Positions 23,694 through 45,094 of a stretch of DNA of 64,000 bases are shown here, in pieces; the first letter of the stretch is position 1, and each line of letters opens with the position of its first letter. Below the pieces are notes generated by a model. The model made no database searches and was not told where the DNA came from. It saw nothing but the letters and a program-made list of their open reading frames with translations. A program made the translations under genes and the position numbers. The DNA is from the human T2T-CHM13v2.0 reference genome, Homo sapiens: assembly GCF_009914755.1 (NCBI RefSeq), contig NC_060925.1. The stretch is one strand, 5' to 3'.

Positions 23694-23859
23694 CAGCACT
23701 TGATACTAACCGAGCTGTCTATATCCTAGCCTTGTGTCAAAGGCTTGTGATGTGTTGTGATAGCTGGGTTTAAGAAGTGCAATATTAAAACAAAAGCCAT
23801 GAGTCTTTTAAGCCCAGTGTGTAAAGATACACTCTGAGTTATAACTCAGAGGCACAACT
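23694..23859 (+). ncRNA. SCARNA1: Small Cajal body H/ACA RNA 1 (ACA35), intronic in PPP1R8 intron 2
   Basis: Hairpin-hinge-hairpin-tail: GCACT/AGTGC basal stem, H box ATATTA 23782-23787, GCC/GGC second stem, ACA at 23854-23856 three nt from the end; 166 nt; known host gene. Confidence 0.88.
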
Positions 23860-24009
23860 GGATAGCAGTACTGGCCATAGCTAGTCAAGAAGCTACGGCT
23901 TTAGTGACTGTTGAAAGCCAGTGCATTATTTCATTCACTTGGACAGAAGCAGCACATTGTTCAACATCTAACACATTTCCTTGGTTCTAAGACATACTGT
24001 TTTCTGTTA

Positions 24010-29370
<5,361 letters not shown>

Positions 29371-30306
29371 ACTCCATAAGTATTAATTAATTGAAGTATC
29401 CATAAGCATACACCAATTAATAAGAGTTTAAACTTCGCCTAAGATAATCCACAGAAATGCAATTGAGATTTAACTGCATGGGGCCCTGAAGTTTGTTCAT
29501 TTTGCCCGTGTGTGAATACAGTGTAAAATGTAAAGGGTCCTGCTTCCTGGGCATATCATGTTGGACTCCACCACTCTCCTACTACCATACGCAGAAACAT
29601 ACACTCACACATCACCCTAATCTGCTTATATAAGGGTCTTGGAGAGCTTTGTCTCGCAAATACTTATCTTTTCTCTCCCATTTTATAACATGCAGAATGC
29701 CAACAGGGGAAAATATTCAGAATCTATAGTAGGATTTTGGCTTGCTTTGGCATTGATATTGCACCTGTTTCAGCCAAGCTCTTTCTTGTCCTGGGGAAAA
29801 CCTAAGCATAACTGCCACCAGGCCAGCAATTTCTATATTCTTTTGACTTGGAGCTGGAGAGGGAAAACTACAGTGATGTCCAGCTCCTGCTTTGGGAGGC
29901 GTGGCTTCTGCTGGGTTGGAGCCATTCTTATTTGACCCAGAATGGAGCCAAGCCTGTATGGCAGCAGAGAACGGTCAGTGGTATTTGTTATCTGGGGGAA
30001 CAACAGGTCTGAGGATATAAGAAACCCACCGAGGAGATTCAAGGCTCAGTGAGGGAGTTTCCTTCTCACTGTAACACATGATGGATGTGGTGGACCCAGT
30101 GCCATTTTCATTTTTTAAAAAGCTGGAGTTTCTGACCATGATCCTGACTATGGCATTTTTAAAATAAATTAAAAACAGACAAAAAAGCAAAACTGATGTG
30201 CTGGGGGGAAGCTGACCTGATAAGAGAGTTGGCGATCATACTCTTCCTTCTAAAACTCAGGTTGTTTTTGTTTTCCCCCTTACGTTTCTGATTTGGTTAT
30301 TCCCAG

Positions 30307-30527
30307 CACACGGCACTTTCTTGGGTCACATTCGGTTGGAACCTCACAAGCCTCAGCAAATTCCCATCGATTCCACGGTCTCATTTGGCGCATCCACAAG
30401 GGCATACACTCTGCGCGAGAAGCCTCAGACATTGCCATCGGCTGTGAAAGGAGATGAGAAGATGGGTGGAGAGGATGATGAACTCAAGGGCTTACTGGGG
30501 CTTCCAGAGGAGGAAACTGAGCTTGAT
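30307..30527 (+). CDS. PPP1R8: NIPP1 exon 4 (THGTFLGHIRLEPHK...EEETELD), end of FHA domain
   Basis: cccAG acceptor, GAT|GTAATT donor, 221 bp; overlaps ORF 30321..30683. Confidence 0.96.
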
Positions 30528-30849
30528 GTAATTCCCTGTTTATGTCATTGTTTTGTCTTTGGGGACCCTGGTTTTTGGAGTATACAGCTGTTCTATGTAG
30601 CTGGAAATGCCAGTGACTTAGCAGCAGGGGGTTCTCTTGAGTCCAGTAATGGGCCTTTGGCAATCTGGTGTGGCCAGCTGTGACAGCTCTCGGAGAGCCA
30701 CATTGTATGGATTTGGTTGTGTATCACCAGGCCTAACAAGGAGGCTGAGTCCCAGCCACTAGTCTCCTTGAGCTGTTTTGTGCACCTTCACTGGCTGTTA
30801 GAAGCTAAGACTGGAAGCTACATTTCTCTGTCCCTTGACTGCTTAGAGC

Positions 30850-30985
30850 TAATGCTGTCCAATATGGTAGCCACTAACAATATTTCAAGTATTATGTAGT
30901 CACATATGGCTAGTGGCTGCTATGTTGGCTAGTGCAAAGAGAGAATGTTTTCATCCTCACAGAAAGTTCTGTCAGACAGCACTGG
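30850..30985. mobile_element. MER3-like hAT MITE fragment
   Basis: GCTGTCCAATATGGTAGCCACTA / TGGCTAGTGGCT inverted core and AGAAAGTTCTG...GACAGCACT end. Confidence 0.6.
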
Positions 30986-31200
30986 CTTAGAGAGACTGAC
31001 ATTTTCATTCATTCATGTAGCTTTTTTTGGTGCTATCTGAACAGTCCAGGAATCTTCTGAATAGAGCCAGACTGCTTTTGTTCTTCCATGGGCCTCGCTG
31101 TCCTGAGGGCCATGAATTTTATAAGATTTAATTTTAAGGTGCTAGAAGTTTTCCTTTTTTGAAACTGACCCCAGTAGTTTGGTGTGGCTATAGTCCTTTA

Positions 31201-31485
<285 letters not shown>

Positions 31486-31528
31486 TTAGCTGGGTGTGGT
31501 GGTGCATGCCTGTAATCCCAGCTACTCA

Positions 31529-31633
<105 letters not shown>

Positions 31634-32478
31634 TCAAAAAAAAAAAAAAAAAAGAGAAATTTTACAATTAAGAAGTCGTTTTGTTTTGAAGAAGTGGCTT
31701 CATAGCCAGGGACCTTGCTGTTGCCCATTTCCCCTTTAGGCCACCTTATCCAGGCTGCTGCTATACTTCCATGGCTTTTAGTTCAGTATGTTAGGTACTC
31801 CCTGGATCTTCATTCTTAAGACATTTAGAATATCTCAAACTTGTGGTTTGTACCAGAAAGGAATAATTTCAGTGGATTGGGAAGAGGCAAGCAACAGAGC
31901 TAAGGCCAAGTTAATTATTGAGATAGTTATGAATAGAATTGGGGCCAGACACAGGATGGGGCATGACAAAATATTAACGCCAAAAATTAAGTGCACTAGC
32001 AGTGTCCTTAATTTTGAAGGAGAAAGCTACTAGGAAGGAAGCAGCCAGTTGTCCTTTTTCATCTCAATTTTGTTACTTAAAAACAATTCTTGGCGTTCCT
32101 TCCAGCCACATTTCCTTTTAATTCTCAGCTTATTGTGGGCATGAAGACATGATAGCCTTTCTTCAGCAACAACAAAAAACACAACTCAAGGATATTTGCA
32201 CAGATGACCTGTTCTCAGCTCAAGGCCCTTTACCTCTTGAATATCACTGCCCCACTAGTCAATGAGGATGTTCCACATTCTTTCTAATGAGACTTGAGAC
32301 TTGTTAGTATTCGTAGTCTCGGGACAGTATGAATCTTCTCTAAATGCAGAAGTGTCTCAACTCCCTTTGGAGGTCAAGATTAGCCCCTCATGCCTTCCTC
32401 ACCTTTATTTAGTATGATTTTCTCCATCAGATTCCCTTTGTACTGACTGCTGTCTTTCCTGTATGAACCCTGGCTTAG

Positions 32479-32623
32479 AACCTGACAGAGTTCAACACTG
32501 CCCACAACAAGCGGATTTCTACCCTTACCATTGAGGAGGGAAATCTGGACATTCAAAGACCAAAGAGGAAGAGGAAGAACTCACGGGTGACATTCAGTGA
32601 GGATGATGAGATCATCAACCCAG
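32479..32623 (+). CDS. PPP1R8: NIPP1 exon 5 with basic stretch RPKRKRKNS and PP1-docking RVTF motif
   Basis: RVxF codons at 32584-32595; cttAG acceptor, CAG|GTGAGG donor. Confidence 0.96.
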
Positions 32624-32754
32624 GTGAGGTATCTTGCTAGTTTATTCTGATGAAAAAGCTGTGGTTGGCCCGGGCGCGGTGGCTCACGCCTGTAGTCCTA
32701 GCACTTTGGGAGGCCGAGGAGGGTGGATCACTTAAGGTCAAGAGTTCAAGACTA

Positions 32755-32925
<171 letters not shown>

Positions 32926-33044
32926 CTAGGTGACAAAAAAAAAAGAAAGAAAAAGCTGTGGTTGGTCAGGCATAGTGGCTCATGCCTATAATCCCAGCAC
33001 TTTGGAAGGTTGAAGTTGGTGGATTGCTTGAGGCCAGGATTTCA

Positions 33045-33287
<243 letters not shown>

Positions 33288-33987
33288 TTAATTTTTCTTT
33301 TTTGTGTGTGTGTGAGACACGATCTCATTCTGTCGCCCAGGCTAGAGTGCAGTGGCACAGTCACGGCTCACTACAGCCTTGACCACCCAGGCTCAGGTGA
33401 TCCTCCCACCTCAACCTCCTGAGTATCTGGGACAACAGGTGCACGTCACCACGCTCAGCTAATTGTCATATGTTTTGTAGAAATGGGGTTTCATCATGTT
33501 GCCCAGGCTGGTCTTGACCTCCTGGGCTTAAGCGATCCTCCTGCCTCAGTCTCCCAAAGCACTGGGATTACAGGCATGAGTCCCCATGCCTGGCTGAAAT
33601 TTTTATTTTTTATTTTTTATTTTTATTTATTTATTTTTTGAGACGGAGTCTCGTTCTGTCACCCAGGCTGGAGTGCAGTGACGCAATCTCGGCTCATGCA
33701 ACCTCTGCCTCCTGGGTTCAAGTGATTCTCCTGCCTCAGCCTCCCAAGTAGCTGGAATTATAGGCTTCTGCCACCACACCTGGCTAATTTTTTTGTATTT
33801 TTAGTAGAGACGGGGTTTCACCATGTTGGCCAGGCTGGTTTTGAACTCCTGACCTCAGGTGATCTGCCCTCAACCTCCCAAAGTGCTAGGATTACAGGCG
33901 TGAGCTACCGCGCCCAGCCCAAAATTTATATTTTTTAATGAGCTCCTGTTTGTACAACAGCCAGCAATTTGGGAACCACTGGACTAG

Positions 33988-34263
<276 letters not shown>

Positions 34264-34496
34264 TGATCCGCCCGCCTCGGCCTCCTAAAGTGCTGGGATT
34301 ACAGGCGTGAGCCACCATGCCCGGCCTGACAAATTTCTTAAGTCTCTTTCAGGAGTGAGGATCTGATCTGCTCTGTTTTTCTCACTGAAAATTAGTGCCC
34401 TCGGCCGGGCACGGTGGCTCACCCCTATAATCCCAGCACTTTGGGAGGCCGAGGTGGGCGGATCACGAGATCAGGAGATCAAGACCATGCTGGCTA

Positions 34497-34727
<231 letters not shown>

Positions 34728-35005
34728 TTAGGGAAATGTGTTCAGGCAGTATAGCATAGTGGTTAAGAGCACAGGCTCTGAAACCGGAGGGGCCATGAGA
34801 GAAGTTTGGGATACCTTTTTAGAGACATTGTCTCTTTCTTAATCAGCTTGGATATTTTTGTCCTTTCTCGTCTATATAGAAGCCATTTGTTCATTGAGCA
34901 TAGATTGATGGTGAATATAATACCAGAGTGTCCTCTTTAAAGGCATGGATCCTAATATGTGAAAAAATCCAGACTTAAAGCAAATAAACCAGGGGCTAAT
35001 TATAA

Positions 35006-35320
<315 letters not shown>

Positions 35321-36321
35321 TGATCTGCCCACCTCGGCCTCCCAAAGTGCTGGGATTACAGGCGTGAGCCACCGCACCCGGCCAGGAGTGTTTCTTTCAA
35401 TAACAAGCAACCTCATTGAAAATAAGATGACAACATCTATTAGGGAAATGATTCCTTCTCTATCACTATATTAAGTTAACTGGGGCTTGGAGTAGTTTTC
35501 TCTAGTAGTGGTACATAAGTTGGTGCCTCTGCATGTTTCCACTCACATTCAACCTTCAGTGAGAAAACTCCACCATCCTTGGTGATCCAGCCCAGTCATC
35601 CCCTCTGTGCTCCAGAAACACTGTTGTGCACTTCTCTTGAAGCACCTCTGTGTTGTAGCCTATCTGGCTCTGTGACTGTGAATTCAAGGGTGGGACAGTA
35701 TCTTGCTCTTCATTTCCCGTGTAGACGGGGGCATCAGAGCCTTTAGTGCAAGTCTTGCTTATATACAGTTCAGGCCGTTCAAGTCAAAAGGCCAGGTTCA
35801 GTTTGAAGCCCTGGCTTTGAAACCAAAATCCGTTTTTTTGCTAATAAGCAGGCATTAGCAAGGCATTTGATATGTGACCTCTTGACATGTCATTGTTTTG
35901 TCACTGATATGGAACTGATAATGTCTACTCTTCTTTTCTTTCCCCTCAAAAGAGGGAGTTATACAGAATGGGAAAGAACTTGGGGGAGGGCAGCACAGCA
36001 CAGTGGTGCAGATCACAGGCCTGTTTTGAACTACTTGGACTCAAGTCCTGGCTCCTGTACTCTCCACCAGAGCAACTGGGCCAGTCCCTTTGCTCCTCCA
36101 AGCCTCAGTTTGCTTTCTCATCTACTAAATGTTGATTGTGGTAGTACCTACATCACAGGGTCTTTGTGAGGATTTAGCACAATGCCCAGCACCCAGGAAG
36201 CACTCTCTGTGTTTTACAATTTTAATATGAGTTGTTGTGATGGTTTGTTTGCAGTGACTCCTGTGCCCTTATTCCTCCCAGTAAAGTACCAACCCAACCC
36301 TGCCCTCTTCTCTTTTTGCAG

Positions 36322-36386
36322 AGGATGTGGATCCCTCAGTTGGTCGATTCAGGAACATGGTGCAAACTGCAGTGGTCCCAGTCAAG
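36322..36386 (+). CDS. PPP1R8: NIPP1 exon 6 (EDVDPSVGRFRNMVQTAVVPVK)
   Basis: Polypyrimidine tract + gcAG acceptor, AAG|GTAGGA donor; Met at 36357 would start a 127-aa C-terminal product (ARD-1/gamma). Confidence 0.95.
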
Positions 36387-36457
36387 GTAGGAAGCACATG
36401 AAATGCCATACAGTCTGTGTTTTAAAACCTGCTCTTTAGGCCAGGCGCGTTGGCTTA

Positions 36458-37044
<587 letters not shown>

Positions 37045-37530
37045 TTATGTGCTGTTGAGTGAGTGCTTAATTTTAAAATACATACCATGCTCCTCTCCCA
37101 TTTCTCATTCTGTGGAAATGAAATCTATGTTTAGGGAATCCTGGAGTACCACAGAAAGGCTGTAGATAACTAGCCAGCTTGATGTTTCATGTAAATAATG
37201 TGCAATATGAATCTGTAAATTCATTTTCCAGAGGGGTGCAGAGAGAGGCCCACCTTCTTTTGGCCTTTCTCTTCGGACTCAAAGTAAGCTATTAGGTGGA
37301 GGAGATGCATTATTGCAATACCACACAGTTTGCCATGCCTTTATTTTATGAGTGGCAATGGCACAGATAGGAATGTCAGCCCAGATGTGGATTAAATTTA
37401 AAGATAAGTATGTTGGCTGGGTGCGGTGGCTCACGCCTGTAATCCCAGCACTTTGGGAGGCCGAGGTGGGCAGATTACAAGGTCAGGAGATCGAGACCAT
37501 CCTGGCGAACACGGTGAAACCCCGTCGCTA

Positions 37531-37773
<243 letters not shown>

Positions 37774-38504
37774 CTATCAGATAGCTAGAACTGTCCAAAC
37801 AGCAACAAACTTCCCCTTAAGAGTAGTGAGATCCCTGTTAATATTCAGAAGGTGATTAGAAAATGCTGGTTAGAGATGATATAGAAAGTTTTACTTTTTA
37901 TAAAAAAAAAATCTCTAAAATATATTAGACTAAGTAAGATCTGTCAGAGTTCCTGCTTAGACTTTGTTTAATCCAAAAGGAGTATAGGATTGAGCAGGAT
38001 GTTTCATGAGCTTTAGTCTAGTATGGAAAAGTAGATGTTTTTCTGTGGGATTCCATAATGCCCCTTGAGCTTTTTTGTTTGTTTGTTATTCCTTTGGAAT
38101 GTTTTCTTGTCATTAAAGTACAAAATCAACAGGTGTATAGTTTTATGTCAATTTTATTGCAGTATAATTTACATATAATAAAATCTACACATTTACGTAT
38201 ATAGTTTTGGCAAATATATGTGTAACCACCACCATAATCAAGATAGAGAAGATTTCTCTCACTCCAAAAAGTTGCCTCGTAGCCCTTTGCAGCAGCCCAC
38301 TCCCAGGCCCAGGCAGCCAGTAAATATTTTCTTCACTGTAGATTGGTTTTGCTCTCAGATTAATGTTTAAAAATTGGACACCAGGTCGGGCGTGCTGGGT
38401 CACGCCTGTAATCCCAGCACTTTGGGAGGCCGAGGCGGGCTGATCACCTGAGGTCCGGAGTTCAAGACCAGCCTGACCAACATGGAGAAACCCTGTCTCT
38501 ACTA

Positions 38505-38743
<239 letters not shown>

Positions 38744-39386
38744 CTATTGCCATCTTTTATCATTTCCATTTCCTAAAAGGGATTTTTTTAAAAATGTTTT
38801 TTATTTTTGAGACAGAGTCTTACTCTGTCACCCAGGCTGCAGTGCAGTGGCACCATCTCAGCTCATTGCAAACTCTGCCTCAAGTGATTCTTGTGCCTCA
38901 GCCTCCCGAGTAGCTGTGATTACAGGCACCTGCCACCACGCCTGGCTAATTTTTGTATTTTTAGTAGAGATGGGGTTTTGCCATGTTGGCCAGGCTGGTC
39001 TCAAACTCCTGATCTCATGTGTTCCTCCTAAAAGGGCATTTTAATATGAAATAAGAAAGTGAGCTATGTAACTTTAGGATAAATTAAATTGATATGTTTT
39101 ACTTTATGTAAAACTCACAACACCATCCTTGGCTGATGTAGGATGGTGAAAACTTTGTTATGGAGCAGTGTTTGGGAACCATCGTAGATGACTGGAAAGG
39201 TCTCTTCAAACCGTAAGATTTCAACATCATGAAATAGGTTGTCTGGAAAGGAGAACAGGCTAGAAGTTAGGAATCTTTCCCAAAAGCCATTTTTTTAAGG
39301 CTGGAATAGAAAAAGCTAACCACTCTTGGGCCTCACCTCTTGTCTTCTCTCTCCAATCTCTCCCCTCTCCTCATCGTGAACTGTAG

Positions 39387-39740
39387 AAGAAGCGTGTGGA
39401 GGGCCCTGGCTCCCTGGGCCTGGAGGAATCAGGGAGCAGGCGCATGCAGAACTTTGCCTTCAGCGGAGGACTCTACGGGGGCCTGCCCCCCACACACAGT
39501 GAAGCAGGCTCCCAGCCACATGGCATCCATGGGACAGCACTCATCGGTGGCTTGCCCATGCCATACCCAAACCTTGCCCCTGATGTGGACTTGACTCCTG
39601 TTGTGCCGTCAGCAGTGAACATGAACCCTGCACCAAACCCTGCAGTCTATAACCCTGAAGCTGTAAATGAACCCAAGAAGAAGAAATATGCAAAAGAGGC
39701 TTGGCCAGGCAAGAAGCCCACACCTTCCTTGCTGATTTGA
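39387..39740 (+). CDS. PPP1R8: NIPP1 exon 7 (KKRVEGPGS...KKKKYAKEAWPGKKPTPSLLI*), C-terminal RNA-binding region
   Basis: ctgtAG acceptor, TGA ending at 39740; exon lengths sum to 1056 nt = 351 aa + stop. Confidence 0.97.
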   Translation, partial: KKRVEGPGSLGLEESGSRRMQNFAFSGGLYGGLPPTHSEAGSQPHGIHGTALIGGLPMPYPNLAPDVDLTPVVPSAVNMNPAPNPAVYNPEAVNEPKKKKYAKEAWPGKKPTPSLLI

Positions 39741-40941
39741 TATTTTTGGTCATGGAGAAGGGTGGGATTGGGTGGGAATGGGGTGGAAGGGTGATGGGGA
39801 GCTAATGAACTAGGGAGAAAAACTTTCCATGTGTGCGGTATCGTCTTTCAGAATGTCTCCTGGCATCCTAACCATGTAATATGACAATTGGGGGTGGGGT
39901 TGAAATAGCCCATAAAGACCTGTCTTCACAACACTTGCATTGTAGAGAAAGGCTTCTTATATCCTTTTCAATAGACTGCCCTGGCTCTTTCCTAGGCCTT
40001 CCACTACCTCCTTTCTTTCTCCCACTTTCTAGGATCATTTTTATGTAAAGTCACATATCCCAGGCCCTCAGGTTGAATCCAGAGCTGTAGAGGTTACAGT
40101 AGCATCACCAGCCTTGGGGGTCCAGAGCCTAATTTATATTCACTATCCTTCCAAGTCCCGGGTAGCAGAAGGGTTGCCATAGATCTCAGTTTGATCAAAA
40201 AGAAGGCTTAGAATTCTGCAGTTAAGCTGAGGTTTAAACTAAAAAATGTTTCCTTGGGTCAGTGGTTTTGAGGTCCAGTAGCTAGGCTTTTCTCTTTTGT
40301 CCTTCCTGTTGGAATGAAAACATTTCGATTTTCCTTCATCTGTGACTGGTGCCATAGACACAGGTTTATAGTTTTAACTTACAGTATTGTTTGAAATTTA
40401 CCTGTTTTTCTTGTCAAACCTGAGCACTCCTCCTGCTGAAGTTTCTTATTTAATTCCAGAGTACTGTCCTCTACTCTAAGGCATTACTTTTAAGTGTATT
40501 ATGAAGGCAGTTTTCAAAGGATATGACCAGTTGGGGTAATTCAAATTAAAAAGGAAAAGATTTGTTTGGAAGTAACTGGTGTCTCTAAGAGGAATTTTTA
40601 GATGTCAGTTTGGAGGCTCTTTCCCCCCTCAATTGAGAGCTCTTGTTATTCAGAGCTCCAAGACTAGACCTGGCTAACAAACATAGGAGACAAAGTTAGG
40701 AAACATTGATACAAGCTTTGTACAGAGATTTGTACATTTGTGTAATAGGCCTTTTCATGCTTTATGTGTAGCTTTTTACCTGTAACCTTTATTACATTGT
40801 AAATTAAACGTAACTTTTGTCATTTGGGTGCAGGCTGTGAATTTGTCTCTCAGTCACTGATTGCCACTGCCATCTGGAAATGTTTGCTAAAGGCACAGTC
40901 ACTGGGCTTGGGAGGCAATGCTCCATCCCCATTATATTACA

Positions 40942-40947
40942 AATAAA
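40942..40947 (+). terminator. PPP1R8: PPP1R8 poly(A) signal (3' UTR ~39741-40965)
   Basis: AATAAA at the end of ~1.2 kb unique AU-rich sequence; ATTAAA variant at 40803. Confidence 0.75.
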
Positions 40948-41427
40948 GATGCCCTAAATGAGTGTGGAAATTCTAATGAGAGAATGTAGTCCCCAGACTG
41001 AAGCCTCACAAAGCAGCGTTGGTTCGGAAGTGCTTGGTGCCCTTCATCAGGAGACCTCATGACGGGAGACGGGGCTTTAGGGCGTTTGCATAAGCCCTAT
41101 CACCCACCCTGCAGTTAGAGCTCTGTGCATTTGAGCCATAGCTTGGTGACACAGGAGCAAACGGAAGCTAAAGGTAAGTAAGTTTAGGAGGGATTTCAGC
41201 AAGAATTTGAATTGAAGGAATATGCCTGCATACGGAATCTCATTTGCAGTAAGTATACTGTGTTTGTGAGACTTACATGTGGCTTTGAGATGAAGATGCC
41301 AGCTAGGTTCCAGATCCTTGGGTCAAGTGCAGACTCGTAGGAGGAGCAACCTTCTGAAGAACAGAAATTCATAACATCAGCTGTGCAAAGAGTTGACTTC
41401 CCCACAGGGTCTGTAAAAATGAGTGTC

Positions 41428-43829
41428 TCCCTCTCCCCCTCCCCCTCCCCCTCCCCCTCTCCCTCTCCCCACGGTCTCCCTCTCATGCGGAGCGGAAGCT
41501 GGACTGTACTGCTGCCATCTCGGCTCACTGCAGCCTCCCTGCCTGATTCTCCTGCCTCAGTCTGCCGAATGCCTGCGATTGCAGGCACGCGCCGCCACGC
41601 CTGACTGGTTTTGGTGGAGACGGGGTTTCGCTGTGTTGGCCGGGCCGGTCTCCAGCCCCTAACCGCGAGTGATCCGCCAACCTCGGCCTCCCGAGGTGCC
41701 GGGATTGCAGACGGAGTCTCGTTCACTCAGTGCTCAATGGTGCCCAGGCTGGAGTGCAGTGGCGTGATCTCGGCTCACTACAACCTACACCTCCCAGCCG
41801 CCTGCCTTGGCCTCCCAAAGTGCCGAGATTGCAGCCTCTGCCCGGCCGCCACCCCGTCTGGGAAGTGAGGAGTGTCTCTGCCTGGCCGCCCATCGTCTGG
41901 GATGTGAGGAGCCCCTCTGCCTGGCTGCCCAGTCTGGAAAGTGAGGAGCGTCTCTGCCCGGCCGCCATCCCATCTAGGAAGTGAGGAGCGCCTCTTCCCA
42001 GCCGCCATCACATCTAGGAAGTGAGGAGCCTCTCTGCCCGGCCGCCTATCGTCTGAGATGTGGGGAGCGCCTCTGCCCGGCCGAGACCCCGTCTGGGAGG
42101 TGAGGAGCGTCTCTGCCCGGCCGCCCCGTCTGAGAAGTGAGGAGACCCTCTGCCTGGCAACCACCCCGTCTGAGAAGTGAGGAGCCCCTCCGCCCGGCAG
42201 CCACCCCATCTGGGAAGTGAGGAGCGTCTCCGCCCGGCAGCCACCCCGTCTGGGAGGGAGGTGGGGGGGGTCAGCCCCCCGCCCGGCCAGCCGCCTCATC
42301 CGGGAGGGAGGTGGGGGGTCAGCCCCCCCGCCCGGCCAGCCGTGCCGTCCAGGAGGGAGGTGGGGGGGTCAGCCCCCCGCCCGGCCAGCCGCCCCGTCCG
42401 GGAGGTGAGGGGCGCCTCTGCCCGGCCGCCCCTACTGGGAAGTGAGGAGCCCCTCAGCCCGGCCAGCCACCCCGTCCGGGAGGGAGATGGGGGGGTCAGC
42501 CCCCCCACCCGGCCAGCCGCCCCGTCCGGGAGGGAGGTGGGGGGGTCAGCCCCCCGCCTGGCCAGCCGCCCCGTCCAGGAGGGAGGTGGGGGGGTCAGCG
42601 CCCCGCCCGGCCAGCCGCCCCGTCTGGGAGGTGAGGGGTGCCTCTGCCCGGCCGCCCCTACTGGGAAGTGAGGAGCCCCTCTGCCCGGCCAGCCGCCCCA
42701 TCCGGGAGGGAGGTGGGGGGGTCAGCCCCCCCGCCCGGCCAGCCGCCCTGTCCGGGAGGGAGGTGGGGGGGTCAGCCCTCCGCCCGGCCAGCCGCCCCGT
42801 CTGGGAGTTGAGGGGCGCCTCTGCCCGGCCGCCCCTACTGGGAAGTGAGGAGCCCCTCTGCCCGGCCAGCCGCCCCGTCCGGGAGGGAGGTGGGGGGGTC
42901 GGCCCCCCGCCCGGCCAGCCGCCCCATCCGGGAGGGAGGTGGGGGGGTCAGCCCCCCGCCCGGCCAGCTGCCCTGTCCAGGAGGGAGGTGGGGGTGTCAG
43001 CCCCACGCCCGGCCAGCCGCCTCGTCCGGGAGGGAGGTGGGGGGGTCAGCCCCCCACCCAGCCAGCCGCCCCGTCCGGGAGGGAGGTGGGGGGGGTCAGC
43101 CCCCCTGCCCGGCCAGTGGCCCCGTCCGGGAGGTGAGGGGCGCCTCTGCCCGGCCGCCCCTACTGGGAAGTGAGGAGCCCCTCTGCCCGGCCAGCCGCCC
43201 CGTCCGGGAGGGAGGTGGGGGTGGTCAGCCCCCCCCGCCCGGCCAGCCGCCCCGTCCGGGAGGTGAGGGGCGCCTCTGCCCAGCCACCACCCCGTCTGGG
43301 AGGTGTGCCCAACAGCTCATTGAGAACGGGCCAGGATGACAATGGCGGCTTTGTGGAATAGAAAGGCGGGAAAGGCGGGGAAAAGATTGAGAAATCGGAT
43401 GGTTGCCGTGTCTGTGTAGAAAGAAGTAGACATGGGAGACTTTTCATTTTGTTCTGCACTAAGAAAAATTCCTCTGTCTTGGGATCCTGTTGATCTGTGA
43501 CCTTACCCCCAACCCTGTGCTCTCTGAAACATGTGCTGTGTCCACTCAGGGTTAAATGGATTAAGGGCGGTGCAAGATGTGCTTTGTTAAACAGATGCTT
43601 GAAGGCAGCATGCTCGTTAAGAGTCATCACCAATCCCTAATCTCAAGTAATCAGGGACACAAACACTGCGGAAGGCCGCAGGGTCCTCTGCCTAGGAAAA
43701 CCAGAGACCTTTGTTCACTTGTTTATCTGCTGACCTTCCCTCCACTATTGTCCCATGACCCTGCCAAATCCCCCTCTGTGAGAAACACCCAAGAATTATC
43801 AATAAAAAAATAAATTAAAAAAAAAAAAA
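41428..43829 (+). mobile_element. Full-length SVA (hexamer, Alu-like, long VNTR, SINE-R, polyA), probably human-specific SVA_F
   Basis: CCCTCT/CCCCCT head, antisense Alu-like domain, GC-rich VNTR, SINE-R, A tail; 13-bp TSD AAAAATGAGTGTC at 41415-41427 and 43830-43842. Confidence 0.95.
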
Positions 43830-44137
43830 AAAAATGAGTGTCCTCATCAGGACAATACCTTCCTCTCGTTTTAGTGAAGATGGTACTGTTGGTAGTGGTG
43901 AACAATCACTAAGCACCTGCCTACCTACCTACCATGTATCCATTTACAGCACGTCATCTAATTCTCATAGCCCCAAGAGGAATTCTGTTTTTATCCCCAT
44001 TTTATAGATGAGAAAACTGAGACTGAGACTAAACAAACTTCCCTATGAGCCCCCTGTACTGAAGACAGGATTGAAACTCTAGTCTGAATCCAGAGTTTAA
44101 GGTGGGGATATGCTTGGTCCATAGGTGGCACACCCTT

Positions 44138-45094
<957 letters not shown>

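Noticed and set aside
41850-43300. Regularly spaced repeats resembling a CRISPR-like array
   Set aside because: SVA VNTR units with no unique spacers; eukaryotic DNA with no cas genes
41196-43905. Long Pro/Gly/Arg-rich ORFs up to 243 aa
   Set aside because: Stop-poor frames of the GC-rich SVA VNTR, open in several frames on both strands
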